Assembly: GCA_016927185.1 (NCBI GenBank)
Contig: JAFGND010000025.1
Location: 15,889 to 79,888 of the forward strand
DNA length: 64,000 nucleotides
Direction: 5' to 3'
DNA from: Candidatus Coatesbacteria bacterium
GTDB taxonomy: Bacteria > JAFGND01
The notes under the pieces were generated by a model that did no database searches, was not told where the DNA came from, and was given only the letters and a program-made list of their open reading frames with translations. A program made the position numbers and the translations under genes. Below, piece after piece: positions 38,533 to 49,100 of this stretch (the stretch's first letter is position 1; every line of letters starts with the position of its first letter).

Positions 38533-38700
38533 TTAAAACAAAGTGTATATGAAAGGTAATAAAGGAGAACTCCCGCCTGTTAATATTATCAATACTCCTA
38601 CAAGCAGCATAACTATAACTATCGGAGCTATCCACCAAATTTTATTCTGCCATAGAAATTCAAAGAATTCCTTTATTATGCCAAACTTGCTAACTTTCAT
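38533..38700 (-). CDS. Small (55 aa) membrane protein, DUF5989-like; not in ORF track
   Basis: rc translation MKVSKFGIIKEFFEFLWQNKIWWIAPIVIVMLLVGVLIILTGGSSPLLPFIYTLF*. Start ATG lies inside the last codons of def (…aATGAAAGTtag). Ending '…PFIYTLF' resembles DUF5989 small proteins. Confidence 0.5.
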   Translation of the reverse strand: MKVSKFGIIKEFFEFLWQNKIWWIAPIVIVMLLVGVLIILTGGSSPLLPFIYTLF

Positions 38701-39217
38701 TGCAAACCCCTTGAGCTAGTTTTCTCAGTTTTCTGCTTAAAAGAGTTTTCCTTAAAGGACTTAAGTAATCAACTATTAAAACACCTTCCAGATGATCATT
38801 TTCATGCTGAATTGCTCTTGCATATAAATCAGATACTACCATTTCAAAGTTATTTCCATCTAAATCTGTTGCCTTGACTTTGACGCTCTGTGCTCTCTCA
38901 ATGCTTGCAATTATATCTGGGAAAGATAAACATCCTTCTTCATCCAGATATTTACCTGTTTTTTCAGTAATGGAAGGATTTATGAATACTTTCACTCCTT
39001 CAATTCCTGTAAGGAATTTTTCCTCCAAAACGAATATTTTCAGGTTTTCACCTATTTGTGGAGCGGAAAGGCCAATACCTTTTGCTTTTTTTAGCACTAT
39101 GATCATTTTGTCAACAAGTTCTCTTACTTTGGCATCTAGAGTATCTACTTTCCTGGATTTCTTTCTTAATACAGGATCTCCATAAATTCTTATTCCCTCA
39201 ACAGGTTTATCGCTCAT
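38690..39217 (-). CDS. def: Peptide deformylase
   Basis: 'GIGLSAPQIG', 'EGCLSFPDI', 'QHENDHLEG' are the three PDF motifs. Confidence 0.85.
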   Translation of the reverse strand: MSDKPVEGIRIYGDPVLRKKSRKVDTLDAKVRELVDKMIIVLKKAKGIGLSAPQIGENLKIFVLEEKFLTGIEGVKVFINPSITEKTGKYLDEEGCLSFPDIIASIERAQSVKVKATDLDGNNFEMVVSDLYARAIQHENDHLEGVLIVDYLSPLRKTLLSRKLRKLAQGVCNES

Positions 39218-39633
39218 TTTTCAGATTGATCTTCTAATGAAGTATCGTCAGCACCCCCTTCTGGAATTGATTCCCCAGTTAAAACTCTGTCTATTGCACT
39301 AATCCTGAAGTCTATTCTAGTTTTTTCATTAACTCTTATTGTTATGACATCCTTTTTTACAGCTGCCACTGAACCTATTATACCACCAATTGTCATTATT
39401 TTATCATTCTTCTTGATGGAATTCAACATTGCTTCTCTTTCTTTCTGTTTTTTCTGATTTGGTCTATATATGAGAAAATAAAGAACCAATCCCAGTACTA
39501 TTATAAAACTGAAGGGATTGCCAAATATCATTCCTATTAATCCCCCCGGTTGAGAAGCTGTCATACCAGTCCCGGTTCCTGTTCCTGTTGTAGTTGCTAC
39601 AGTATCAGCTGCTTCCAATAATGCCAAGAACAA
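39214..39633 (-). CDS. yajC: Preprotein translocase subunit YajC (start codon uncertain; Thr/Gly-rich N-terminal extension)
   Basis: 'IIVLGLVLYFLIYRPNQKKQKE…IKKNDKIMTIGGIIG' is a typical YajC TM plus core. 4-nt overlap with def. Confidence 0.75.
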   Translation of the reverse strand: MFLALLEAADTVATTTGTGTGTGMTASQPGGLIGMIFGNPFSFIIVLGLVLYFLIYRPNQKKQKEREAMLNSIKKNDKIMTIGGIIGSVAAVKKDVITIRVNEKTRIDFRISAIDRVLTGESIPEGGADDTSLEDQSEK

Positions 39634-39778
39634 TATATACCTCCTATAAATATTATTTCAAAAAATAGCTATAGAATGCTAATAATTTGTCAAGAGAAAA
39701 GCCTAACTGAGATTCTTGTGTTATTAAATAATATTAAATTCTTGACAAATTAAGCTATTATTAAAGTCTCTCGCATAT

Positions 39779-40453
39779 ATGCCTATTCTTGGGGATTTGT
39801 CAATAAACATTATTCCACAAAACGTATATAGATATCAGGGAATACCTGCAACAGTTACCCCTGAAAAGAAAATTGTTGATTTGTATGAAAAATCTGTCGA
39901 AATCACAATGCAATTATCAAAACCAGTTGCAATATGGCAGAGATTCAAGATAGCTTCATTAAATCAGAAGGGACTAACATTTGGTAAGGAATACTGTTTC
40001 GAAACCTGCTTGTTTTACAGAAGATTTAATCAAGGAAGTGAAATTTTTCTTGCTGTAATGACTATTGGCAACGATATAGAGGATTACATAACCTCGCTTT
40101 TTGACAAAAAAGAATATGCACTTGCCTTATTTCTTGATTCTGCAGCATCAGAAGCTATCGAGTCTGTTGCAAGGGAATTCGAAGAAAAAATAAGGATAAT
40201 GGCAGCAGGGGAAAGCAAGTTTATAAGTCCAAGAGTATCACCAGGTTATGCAGACTGGAAAATCGAAGACCAGAGATTGATTTTCGATCTTTTGGAACCT
40301 TTGGAAATTGGTGTTACATTACTTGATTCATATACAATGATGCCAAGAAAATCAATAAGCCTGGCTATACTGATAGGGAATGAGAGATATAGATTCAATT
40401 CGAACAACGCATGCAGGAATTGTTCCCTGGACTGTCAGTTCAGGAAAGTCTGA
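39779..40453 (+). CDS. Stand-alone methionine-synthase activation-domain-like protein (Met_synt_B12-like)
   Basis: 'FLAVMTIGNDIED', 'FLDSAASEAIESVA', 'VSPGYADWKIEDQRLIFDLLEPLEIGVTLLDSYTMMPRKSISLAILIG' follow the PF02965-like pattern (TiG…SPGYgdW…iGvtLte…P.KSvs). Confidence 0.5.
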   Translation: MPILGDLSINIIPQNVYRYQGIPATVTPEKKIVDLYEKSVEITMQLSKPVAIWQRFKIASLNQKGLTFGKEYCFETCLFYRRFNQGSEIFLAVMTIGNDIEDYITSLFDKKEYALALFLDSAASEAIESVAREFEEKIRIMAAGESKFISPRVSPGYADWKIEDQRLIFDLLEPLEIGVTLLDSYTMMPRKSISLAILIGNERYRFNSNNACRNCSLDCQFRKV

Positions 40454-40454
40454 T

Positions 40455-41576
40455 TTACTGGATATCAAGAACTCTATAGTGACAGTATTCAGGCTCATTC
40501 TTGTCGAAATTATACAAATGAAGCGAACCACCATTGCAGAAATCCCACCAATTGCATTTCTTGCAAATGCCATTACATAAATATTTCCTGTCTCTCATGT
40601 TCTTGTATTCATTTTCCCATATATCCTTGAATCTTCTTTCAAGAACGTTTCCCTGTATGAATCTCTTATCAAGATTGGGGCAAGCTGCTGCGCTGCCATC
40701 ACATAAAATGCTTCCAATAGAAATTCCAGCAAGGCAAGCGAATAATCTTGGTCTGACAATTCCTTCATAAGCGAGACCAAGGAAACCTGCTTCAGCAAAT
40801 TCATAATTACAGTCTGGATGCTTTTCCCTGATGGATTTTATGAATTCGAGAACTTTCAGGAGATTCCTTTTTTGCAGGGAGAATCTTCCGTCTCTGGCTC
40901 GCCCTATCGGATCAACTGGAAGTATACGCCAGTAATCAAGACCTGATTCAGTTATAAACTCGTAAATTTCATACAGGTCATCTATATTGTCATTATGAAC
41001 ACAAGTCAGAATTTCTATTATGTTGAAATAATGAGAGGAAAACGCATCAATAATACCTTCTTTTACTTGCCTGTATGTTCCCTTCTTATTCCTGAGATAA
41101 TCATGTGAGTTCTCGTTTCCATCAAGGCTAATTGAAATTGCCTTGAGATCAGCTTTTTTCAGTTTCTCAATATTCTCTTTATTAAGAAGTGTCCCATTAG
41201 TGACTATCTGAACATAGTAACCTAATCCGCTTAATAACTCTATTATATCGTAAATGTCTTCTCTCACTAAAGGTTCGCCACCAGTAACTGATAAAGGGAA
41301 TTCACTTACCGGAAAATCCTCAGCAATTTCCTTGAAAATCTTCTCAATCTGCAACAGAGTCAATTCTTCATATGGCGTTTTCCAGTTACAAGATGAGCCG
41401 CAATGAATGCAGTTAAGATTACATTTTCTTGTTACTTCAAGGAAAAGATACTGAAGCAAATGATCCTTCCTTATTTCGTCCAGTGCGTTCTTCCATTCGT
41501 AAAGATCTCCAATACGCCTGATTTTTTCTATCAAAGAAATCTTTCTTGATTGGTTTTCATGCATTCCGTTTTTCAA
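40455..41576 (-). CDS. Radical SAM enzyme with C-terminal SPASM domain
   Basis: 'VTRKCNLNCIHCGSS' (CX3CX2C), 'VTGGEPLV'. C-terminal Cys cluster 'CLAGISIGSILCDGSAAACPN…CNGICKKCNWWDFCNGG' is SPASM-type. Confidence 0.75.
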   Translation of the reverse strand: MKNGMHENQSRKISLIEKIRRIGDLYEWKNALDEIRKDHLLQYLFLEVTRKCNLNCIHCGSSCNWKTPYEELTLLQIEKIFKEIAEDFPVSEFPLSVTGGEPLVREDIYDIIELLSGLGYYVQIVTNGTLLNKENIEKLKKADLKAISISLDGNENSHDYLRNKKGTYRQVKEGIIDAFSSHYFNIIEILTCVHNDNIDDLYEIYEFITESGLDYWRILPVDPIGRARDGRFSLQKRNLLKVLEFIKSIREKHPDCNYEFAEAGFLGLAYEGIVRPRLFACLAGISIGSILCDGSAAACPNLDKRFIQGNVLERRFKDIWENEYKNMRDRKYLCNGICKKCNWWDFCNGGSLHLYNFDKNEPEYCHYRVLDIQ

Positions 41577-41600
41577 GATAAATGTCTCTTATTTGTCAAA

Positions 41601-41632
41601 CAAAAAAACCCCTTCATATGAAGGGGTTTTGT
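41601..41632 (-). terminator. Rho-independent terminator after the VWA gene
   Basis: 'aaaaaccccttcatatgaaggggtttt' is a GC-rich perfect stem, followed in minus orientation by tttttgtttg. Confidence 0.7.
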
Positions 41633-41649
41633 TGGGGGAGAGACAAGTA

Positions 41650-43068
41650 TTATCTGGCTCGTTCATTAAATGCGTCTTGCTGCATTGCTTTCTTTATGTG
41701 TCTTCCTGTTTCAGAAGAGGCTGCAGGTGCTGTTCCCATTTGCTCAACCTGAGTTTTTGCTTTTTGACTTGTTGTCATTTGTTCTGCAATTTCTGCATCC
41801 TTTAGTTTTTCCTGGGCTTTCTTTGCTTCTTTATATGCTTGCTCTAATTTTATCCTGGCTGCTGTATTATCACCCTTATCAAGTTCTTCTGCTGCAACAT
41901 AATTCGCTTCACTCAGTTTGTATTTAGTATGGTACTTAAGTACTATACGATTGGCAAGAGGATCCTGACCACCAGCATTTGGATCGATTTTTATGCGTAC
42001 CTTTTTTGCTTCATTGAAAGACCTGTTAAGAGCTGGTGAATTATATTTAAGCTTTATATTTGCCAAATCCTGCATTCCTTTTCCATTCTCAGCTTTTAGT
42101 TCGATAAGATATGCGCTTTTAATTCCCCTCGAAATATCACTTGGAAGTATATAAACTACATTACCAGTTCTTGTAAATCTTGGGTTGCCATAGATTTTTA
42201 TCAAATCTACCCCATCAGGAAGTGTTATCTCTATTCTCAGGTTCTTGGCAACTGTCTGGGAAATCATGTTAAGTTCTTTCAGGAAAACTTCTGCAAGTTG
42301 AATTGGTTCATTTATATAATAATAGTTTCCTCCTGCTTTTTCAGCAATAGAAACCATGAGGTTTTCATTGTAATCAGTACCTACTCCGACAGTGCTTATT
42401 CCCATTCCCTGATAATTCATTTGAGTTGTATATTTGGATATGGCTGAAGGATTTATTACGCCAACATTTGCAAGTCCGTCGCTGAGAAGCAGAAGCTTGT
42501 TAATCCTGCTGTCTGATTTGAATGTTCGAAGCTGATTGTAACCTTCTGTTACACCACCAAACAAATTAGTGTTTCCTGAAGCATGTATCTGGTTTATGCG
42601 TTGTATGATATCATTTCTGTCATTTACATAACTAGCAGGGAGTATAACTTTTATTTGAGTATCATATGTTACTATAGATAAAATATCTTGTTCATTCAAG
42701 TTATTAATAAGCATTTTTGCAGCTTGTTTTACCTGATCCAGTTTTCTGCCCATCATTGAACCAGATTTGTCTATTACAATTGACAGATTTAGTGGTGCTC
42801 GTTTTTCGATATTCTGATTGCAACCCTGTAAGCCAACCAGCAGAAATGCCCTTCCATCATTAGTTACTGGATTACCTAAAAATGTTTGAAGACCAAGAGG
42901 TTTATCAACAGGTGGAGGTGTCCACTCTTCTGTTATAATCAAAGGTTGATTCGGTCTTAGATTTCCATGTTCAATTCTTCCTGGTGCATCTGAGCCTGGT
43001 CTGAATAGAATTAAGAGCAAAACCACTGCTAGAAGAAGCCCGAAAACTGCTATTGTCGACTTGTTCAT
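41650..43068 (-). CDS. Membrane-anchored von Willebrand factor A (VWA) domain protein with C-terminal coiled coil
   Basis: N-terminal TM. 'LNLSIVIDKSGSMMG' (MIDAS DxSxS) and 'LLLSDGLANVG'. K/E/A-rich C-terminal tail. Confidence 0.7.
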   Translation of the reverse strand: MNKSTIAVFGLLLAVVLLLILFRPGSDAPGRIEHGNLRPNQPLIITEEWTPPPVDKPLGLQTFLGNPVTNDGRAFLLVGLQGCNQNIEKRAPLNLSIVIDKSGSMMGRKLDQVKQAAKMLINNLNEQDILSIVTYDTQIKVILPASYVNDRNDIIQRINQIHASGNTNLFGGVTEGYNQLRTFKSDSRINKLLLLSDGLANVGVINPSAISKYTTQMNYQGMGISTVGVGTDYNENLMVSIAEKAGGNYYYINEPIQLAEVFLKELNMISQTVAKNLRIEITLPDGVDLIKIYGNPRFTRTGNVVYILPSDISRGIKSAYLIELKAENGKGMQDLANIKLKYNSPALNRSFNEAKKVRIKIDPNAGGQDPLANRIVLKYHTKYKLSEANYVAAEELDKGDNTAARIKLEQAYKEAKKAQEKLKDAEIAEQMTTSQKAKTQVEQMGTAPAASSETGRHIKKAMQQDAFNERAR

Positions 43069-43295
43069 CTCTACCTCCTTAAATTCCTTTCACAGATACT
43101 TAGTAAAAAAAAATGGATTTATTCCCGAAAAAATATTTCTTTGACAAAAAAAAAATACTATATAGAAAATACAAGAGAATAAGATAACAAAAAAACCAAT
43201 ATACAAGATGTTATGACAGTATAACGTGTTTAACAAAAACCTTGACAGTGTCCCTTGCATCTTCTTACCATGCTGTCGTTGAGTTTTGCAGATAA

Positions 43296-43928
43296 TTGAA
43301 ATCAGGAGTGGATTATATGAAAAAAAGTGATATTATGGGAGTTTTTTTCCTTATACTTGTAATAGTCTTGATTATAATATTTTATAAAGAGATAGGGGAG
43401 ATTACAAAACAACATCCATTCATTCTAGGTTTCATTAAGTTATTCATACTCGGAACTTTTGGGGAAATGATAAAATACAGAATGTCATCCGGTTCCTGGA
43501 AACTAGACAAGATTATTCTGAGGGCATTTATCTGGGGTCTTTATGGGATCTGGTTTACATGGTCATTTGCATATGCTGATTCAGGAACCAAAGGCTTGAT
43601 AAGCAAAAATCTATGGCTGGATGCAGGACCACTTGCTACTGCTTTCTCAACAAGCCTCTGGTTGAATATCCTGGGAGGCTTCGCATATTTCATGATGCTT
43701 ATTCATGAATACCTTAATTTCTGCATCAGGGAAGGAAAACTAATCAACACGATAACATTTGGAGAACAGCTGAACAAGAAAATATGGTTTCAGTTCATTC
43801 CCCTTACATTGTTCATCTGGCTTGTTCTTCACACATTTACGTATATGCTTCCTGAGCAGTTCAGGGTTTTATCTGCAGCTTTACTGGCAATTGTACTTGG
43901 ATTTCTGCTGAGTTTTGGAAAGAAGTAA
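43296..43928 (+). CDS. Hypothetical polytopic membrane protein
   Basis: 5-6 predicted TM helices. No recognised motif. Start could be the internal Met (MKKSDIM). Confidence 0.4.
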   Translation: MKSGVDYMKKSDIMGVFFLILVIVLIIIFYKEIGEITKQHPFILGFIKLFILGTFGEMIKYRMSSGSWKLDKIILRAFIWGLYGIWFTWSFAYADSGTKGLISKNLWLDAGPLATAFSTSLWLNILGGFAYFMMLIHEYLNFCIREGKLINTITFGEQLNKKIWFQFIPLTLFIWLVLHTFTYMLPEQFRVLSAALLAIVLGFLLSFGKK

Positions 43929-45245
43929 TCATATATCGAGAATTAACGGGCTAGATAGCAAATTCTTATAGATTTCTTTTGGTTGATTAAAATATCCAAT
44001 GAAGAGACTGGGAAATTCCTTGTTAAGATTTAATACAAAATGCTTCATTCCAAATGGTTTTTCATAATCTGGCTCAAGCATATTGAAATAATAATCAGGA
44101 TCAATATTCAGGTTCTTCATATGAATCATATTGACTTTAGTTTCTTTCAGAAGAGCTGTTAACTCATCCAGTTCCATCTTTGTATCAGTTATGCCTGGAA
44201 AGATGAGATAATTAATCATTGTGAACAAACCTGCATCAACAGATCTTTTTATGGTTTCTCTTACATCACGGAAGGAATAATTCATTGGTTTGTAATATGT
44301 GTCATATAGCTTTTTTCTTGCACTATTAAGAGAAATTCTTATGGAATCGAGACCAGCTTTTGCCAGGTTATCAATAACCTCAGGCTTGCTGCCATTGGTA
44401 TTTAGATTTATTGTACCCCTGCTGGTTTTCTCCCTTAGAATCCTGGTTGTTTCTATTAACAAGTCAGACTGAAGCAGTGGCTCACCTTCACATCCCTGTC
44501 CAAAACTAACTATTGCATCATCTGCATTTTCAAGATGGGGAAGCATGAGTTCGGTTATTTCAGAAACTTCAGGAACAAATTTTATTCTTTCATGTGATGC
44601 AGGAAATCCGCTTTGAGCAGACTGAAAAGAAAGGCATCCAAGACAGTTGCTGTTGCATGCAGGTGAAGTTGGGATAGGAGCTTCCCAGCGCTTCAGGAAA
44701 AGGTTCTTTGCAGCAAAGCAGTGATAATCAGTTGCACAATTGGCGAGATGCCTGAATAACCTGTTATCCTTGTATTTGGTTTCGAACTGCTCAATATTCC
44801 TTAATAAATCCCTGTCATCGTAATTTTCTGGATACCATTTTGGATTATCCTCTATCTTGAATGCTGCTGCAAAAAGTTTTCCATCCATCTCACCACATGC
44901 AGTGTAAGCCCACATTGGAAGAGGTTTTTCAGAAGCCCTTCCGAAATGGGATAAATATATTCTTATATATCCAGGTGGCAGAAAAGCAGATACCGTGAAA
45001 CATGGTTCCCTTTCATCATGCGGAAGCTTGTATAGATATTCAGGAGTTTTTTTTTCGCTGTCATAACCAATTGCAGGGAAATCCGGTATATAAAACAGTT
45101 TGGTTCCCTCTGGTATCTCAATCCAGCATTCAGGTTTTGGTTTTGAGAATTTGTAAGGAGTGAAACCGACTGCATGAAGAGACTGATGGGAATAAATGTT
45201 TCCTGTTTTATCTGAATACAACAACTTTGGGGATTTGTTTTTCAT
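43929..45245 (-). CDS. Radical SAM protein with ~190-aa N-terminal domain (subfamily unassigned)
   Basis: 'PACNSNCLGCLSF' (CX3CX2C), 'SFGQGCEGEPLL'. Likely start is the ATG at 45243-45245 (MKNKSPK…). The track extends to a GTG at 45254 that sits in the upstream terminator. Confidence 0.65.
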   Translation of the reverse strand: MKNKSPKLLYSDKTGNIYSHQSLHAVGFTPYKFSKPKPECWIEIPEGTKLFYIPDFPAIGYDSEKKTPEYLYKLPHDEREPCFTVSAFLPPGYIRIYLSHFGRASEKPLPMWAYTACGEMDGKLFAAAFKIEDNPKWYPENYDDRDLLRNIEQFETKYKDNRLFRHLANCATDYHCFAAKNLFLKRWEAPIPTSPACNSNCLGCLSFQSAQSGFPASHERIKFVPEVSEITELMLPHLENADDAIVSFGQGCEGEPLLQSDLLIETTRILREKTSRGTINLNTNGSKPEVIDNLAKAGLDSIRISLNSARKKLYDTYYKPMNYSFRDVRETIKRSVDAGLFTMINYLIFPGITDTKMELDELTALLKETKVNMIHMKNLNIDPDYYFNMLEPDYEKPFGMKHFVLNLNKEFPSLFIGYFNQPKEIYKNLLSSPLILDI

Positions 45246-45260
45246 AAAAAACACGGATAT

Positions 45261-45284
45261 CTGTAATATCCGTGAATATGCTTA
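45261..45284 (-). terminator. Rho-independent terminator ending the rpoBC-rpsLG operon
   Basis: Stem cacggatat/atatccgtg with a 6-nt loop, followed in minus orientation by a U-run (gtgtttttt). Confidence 0.6.
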
Positions 45285-45299
45285 AATATTGTGAAAAAT

Positions 45300-45767
45300 C
45301 TATTTGAAATGAGCATAAGCTTTGTTTGCTTCTGCCATCTTGAAGGTATCTTCCTTTTTCTTGATGGAGCCACCTTTGTTATTATAGGCATCCATCAATT
45401 CACCTGCAAGCTTCTTGACCATCGTTCTTTCAGGTCGGTTTTTTGCATAATTTATTATCCATCTTATTGCAAGTGTTCTTCTTCTGTCAGAACGTACTTC
45501 AACAGGAACCTGATATGTAGCTCCACCAACTCTCTTGGAAGCAACTTCCAGAATAGGTTTTACATTGGCAATTGCTTTTTCAAATACCTCGTATCCATCC
45601 TTGCTTGCTTTTTTTGCTACTTCATCTATTGCCGAATACAATATATGCTGGGCAATACTCCTTTTCCCGCGTTGCATCAATGAATTAATGAATTTCGTGC
45701 AAAGAACGGAATTATACTTTGGGTCCGGTTCAATTCTGCGCTTTTCTGGTCTTCTACGTCTTGGCAT
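45300..45767 (-). CDS. rpsG: 30S ribosomal protein S7
   Basis: '[20 protein letters not shown]…' is a canonical S7 N-terminus. Confidence 0.9.
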   Translation of the reverse strand: MPRRRRPEKRRIEPDPKYNSVLCTKFINSLMQRGKRSIAQHILYSAIDEVAKKASKDGYEVFEKAIANVKPILEVASKRVGGATYQVPVEVRSDRRRTLAIRWIINYAKNRPERTMVKKLAGELMDAYNNKGGSIKKKEDTFKMAEANKAYAHFK

Positions 45768-45778
45768 TTAGTTCCCTC

Positions 45779-46159
45779 CTAGGCTTTTTTCTTTGGTTTT
45801 TTGGTTCCGTATTTTGAGCGACCTCTCATTCTTCCGTCAACTCCTGTTGCCTGCTCTGCTCCTCTTATTATATGATACCTTACACCAGGTAAGTCTTTCA
45901 CGCGTCCACCTCTTACTAATACTTGGTAGTGCTCTTGTATTGTATGTCCTTCACCAGGTATGTAAGATGTTACTTCAATACCATTTGTTAACCTTACACG
46001 TGTCACCTTTCTCTGGGCGGAATTGGGTTTTTTCGGAGTTGCAATATAAACTCTTGTGCATACGCCTTTTCTTTGAGGATTTCCTTTCAAAGCTGGTGCC
46101 TTGTTCTTCTTGGTTTTCATCTTGCGTTCATGACGCATAGTTTGATTGATGGTTGGCAA
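45779..46159 (-). CDS. rpsL: 30S ribosomal protein S12
   Basis: '[52 protein letters not shown]' is a canonical S12. Confidence 0.9.
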   Translation of the reverse strand: MPTINQTMRHERKMKTKKNKAPALKGNPQRKGVCTRVYIATPKKPNSAQRKVTRVRLTNGIEVTSYIPGEGHTIQEHYQVLVRGGRVKDLPGVRYHIIRGAEQATGVDGRMRGRSKYGTKKPKKKA

Positions 46160-46172
46160 AAATAACCTCCTT

Positions 46173-49100
46173 TTAACCTTTTCTAAGTTGCAATGGATCT
46201 TCCTCAGATTCCAAAGTGTCTAATTCTTCTTCCACTGCTTTTACGTCAAGTGGATTTGTATCAAGATCCCTATATATTCTAATACCAGTTCCTGCTGGAA
46301 TTATATTACCCATAATTATGTTTTCTTTCAATCCTTGCAGTAAATCTATTCTTCCCTGTATGGCTGCATCAGTAAGAACTTTCGTTGTTTCCTGGAAACT
46401 TGCTGCACCCATGAAAGATTCAGTATTGAGAGCTGCTTTTGTTATTCCAAGAAGTATAGGTTCAAATTTTGCAGGTTTTCCTTCTTCCTCTTCAATCTTC
46501 TTGTTTATTTCCTCGAATTCAATCCTGTCAATAAGATTACCCTCAAGAAACTCCGTATCTCCTGAATCTATTATCTTAACCTTTCTGAGCATTTGTCTTA
46601 CAATAACTGCAATATGCTTGTCATTAATATTTACTCCCTGCAATCTATATACTTCTTGAACTGCATTTACCAGGAATTTCTGCACTTCATGTGGTCCCTT
46701 GATTCTGAGTATGTCTCTTGGATCAATCGGGCCTTCACAAAGTTTTTCACCGGCAACAACTTTGTCTCCATCATGTACTCTTACGAACTTGCCTTGTGGT
46801 ATAGAATACTCTCTTGTAGTGCCGTCTTCACCAATAACCTTGATTTTCCTGTATCCGCGGACAAGACGACCAATCTCCACTTTTCCATTAATTTCGGAAA
46901 CTACTGCGGGGAATTTCGGTCTTCTTGCTTCGAACAGTTCTACAACTCTTGGAAGACCACTTGTTATATCCCATACTTTAGAGATTTCCTTAGGAATTCT
47001 TACCAAGGTATCTCCAGGTTCAACCATCTGACCTTCCTTTACAAGCACAAATGCATCATTAGGAATTGTATATTTCCTGTATGTTTCTTTTTCTCCATGA
47101 ACAAGAAGTCCTAATTGAGGTTGCAGACTCTTATCTTTTGATTCAATAATTATTATCTGGCGTTTTCCCTCGAAAACATCCTCTTTGTATGTAAGGTTTT
47201 CAAACATATCAAAATATTCGATTTTTCCTTCCTTGTCAGCAAGGATGTAATCAGCATATGGATCCCAGCGGAAGAGAATTCTTCCCTTCTCAACTAATTC
47301 CTTGTCTTTAACCTCTATTATAGCACCATAAGGAACTTTGTATTCTACCCTTATTTCCTTCTGTTTGTGTTGATCCCTTATTCTTATAAGGCTGTTTCGT
47401 CCAATGACAATCCGTTCTTTCAAGCCAGTCTGATCATTCTTGTGCATTACGCTTTCAACTTGATCAAATTCTACAATTCCATCATTTTTTACTTCAATTT
47501 GTGATTCTGTTGATGCTGAACCAGCTGTACCACCTATATGGAAAGTCCTCAATGTAAGCTGTGTTCCCGGTTCACCAATGGATTGGGCTGCAACAACTCC
47601 TACTGCCTCTCCTATATCAACTATTCTTCCGATTGCCAGATCCTTGCCATAACAGATCTTGCATAATCCCTTCTTGCTGTCACATGTCAGTACTGATCTT
47701 ATCTTGACTATCTGAATATTAGCATCTTCAATACTCTGGGCAATTTCCTCAGTGATTTCCTGTCCTGCTTCGACAAGCAATTCATCAGTTATCGAATGGT
47801 AAATATCTTCCAGTGAATAGCGTCCCGCAATACGTTCAGCAAGGCTTTCTATAACATCCTCGCCTTCCTTTATCGCTTCTATCTCAATCCCCTTGATTGT
47901 ACCACAATCCTCTTCTGTTATTATAACATCTTGTGCTACATCTACAAGACGCCTTGTCAGATATCCAGCATCTGCAGTTTTCAGTGCAGTATCAGCCAGT
48001 CCTTTTCTTGCACCATGACTTCCTATGAAGTATTCAAGAACAGATAAACCTTCCTTGAGGTTGGATTTAATAGGAGTTTCAATGATTTCCCCAACTCCAC
48101 CAGTCATCTTTTTCTGAGGTTTTGCCATAAGCCCTCTCATGCCGGCAAGCTGTTTTATCTGATCCTGACTTCCACGTGCACCTGAATCAAGCATCATATA
48201 TACTGGATTGAAACCTTGATTTGAATCTCTCATTTTTGAAAGCATGGCATCTGATACATCAATTGTTGCTCTTGTCCATAAATCTACTATGATATTATAT
48301 CTTTCACGATCAGTTATTTCCCTGCTATTGTACATCTTCCAGACCTTGTTGACTTCCTTCTCAGTCTTCTGAATGATTTTCTCTTTTTCACCAGGGACTT
48401 CCAAATCATCAATTCCAATAGTAAGACCACCCCATGTTGCATATGTGAAACCCAGATCCTTGAGACTATCCAGAAAAGCCCCTCGTTTGTCAGCAGGGAG
48501 ATATCTAAAAACCTCTCCAACCAGTTTTCTCAAGCCACTTTGACCAAAAAGGGAGGCATGATTTCTCCTTGAACTAACATCATAATATCCAAAATCATCA
48601 GGTACTATGGAATTAAACAATATTCGACCTACTGTTGTATAATCATTCCATTTGGCTGGATTATGAAGATCCTCAGGATTTTTCATCGTATCTTCTTTTA
48701 TCTTGTTAACATTTTTCACTTTTATTCTTGCATGCAAGTCAATTTTACCTGAATCAAATGCTCTTATAACCTCATCTTTTGAATTGAATATCATTCCTTC
48801 GCCCGGAACTCCATTTTTCTCTTTTGTCATATAATATAAACCAAGTACCATATCCTGTCTTGGTCTTGCTATAGGCGTACCATTTGCAGGTGATAGCAGG
48901 TTATAACTGCTTAAGCAAAGCAGTCTGCATTCAAGCTGCGATTCAACAGATAACGGAACATGAATAGCCATCTGATCACCATCAAAGTCTGCATTGAATG
49001 CTTCGCAAACCATGGGAGGTATCTTTATTGCATTTCCTTCTATAAGCCTTGGCTGAAAAGCCTGAACGCTTAACCTGTGAAGTGTTGGAGCGCGATTGAG

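Noticed and set aside
39214-39300. Thr/Gly-rich N-terminal extension of YajC (TTTGTGTGTGM) considered as a separate feature
   Set aside because: It most likely reflects an over-extended start call (alternative start codons are allowed in the track). The conserved YajC core begins further in.
43242-43275. TTGACA-N18-TACCAT sigma70-like promoter upstream of 43296
   Set aside because: The host looks FCB-group, and those promoters use a different consensus. One hexamer match in AT-rich DNA is not meaningful without data.
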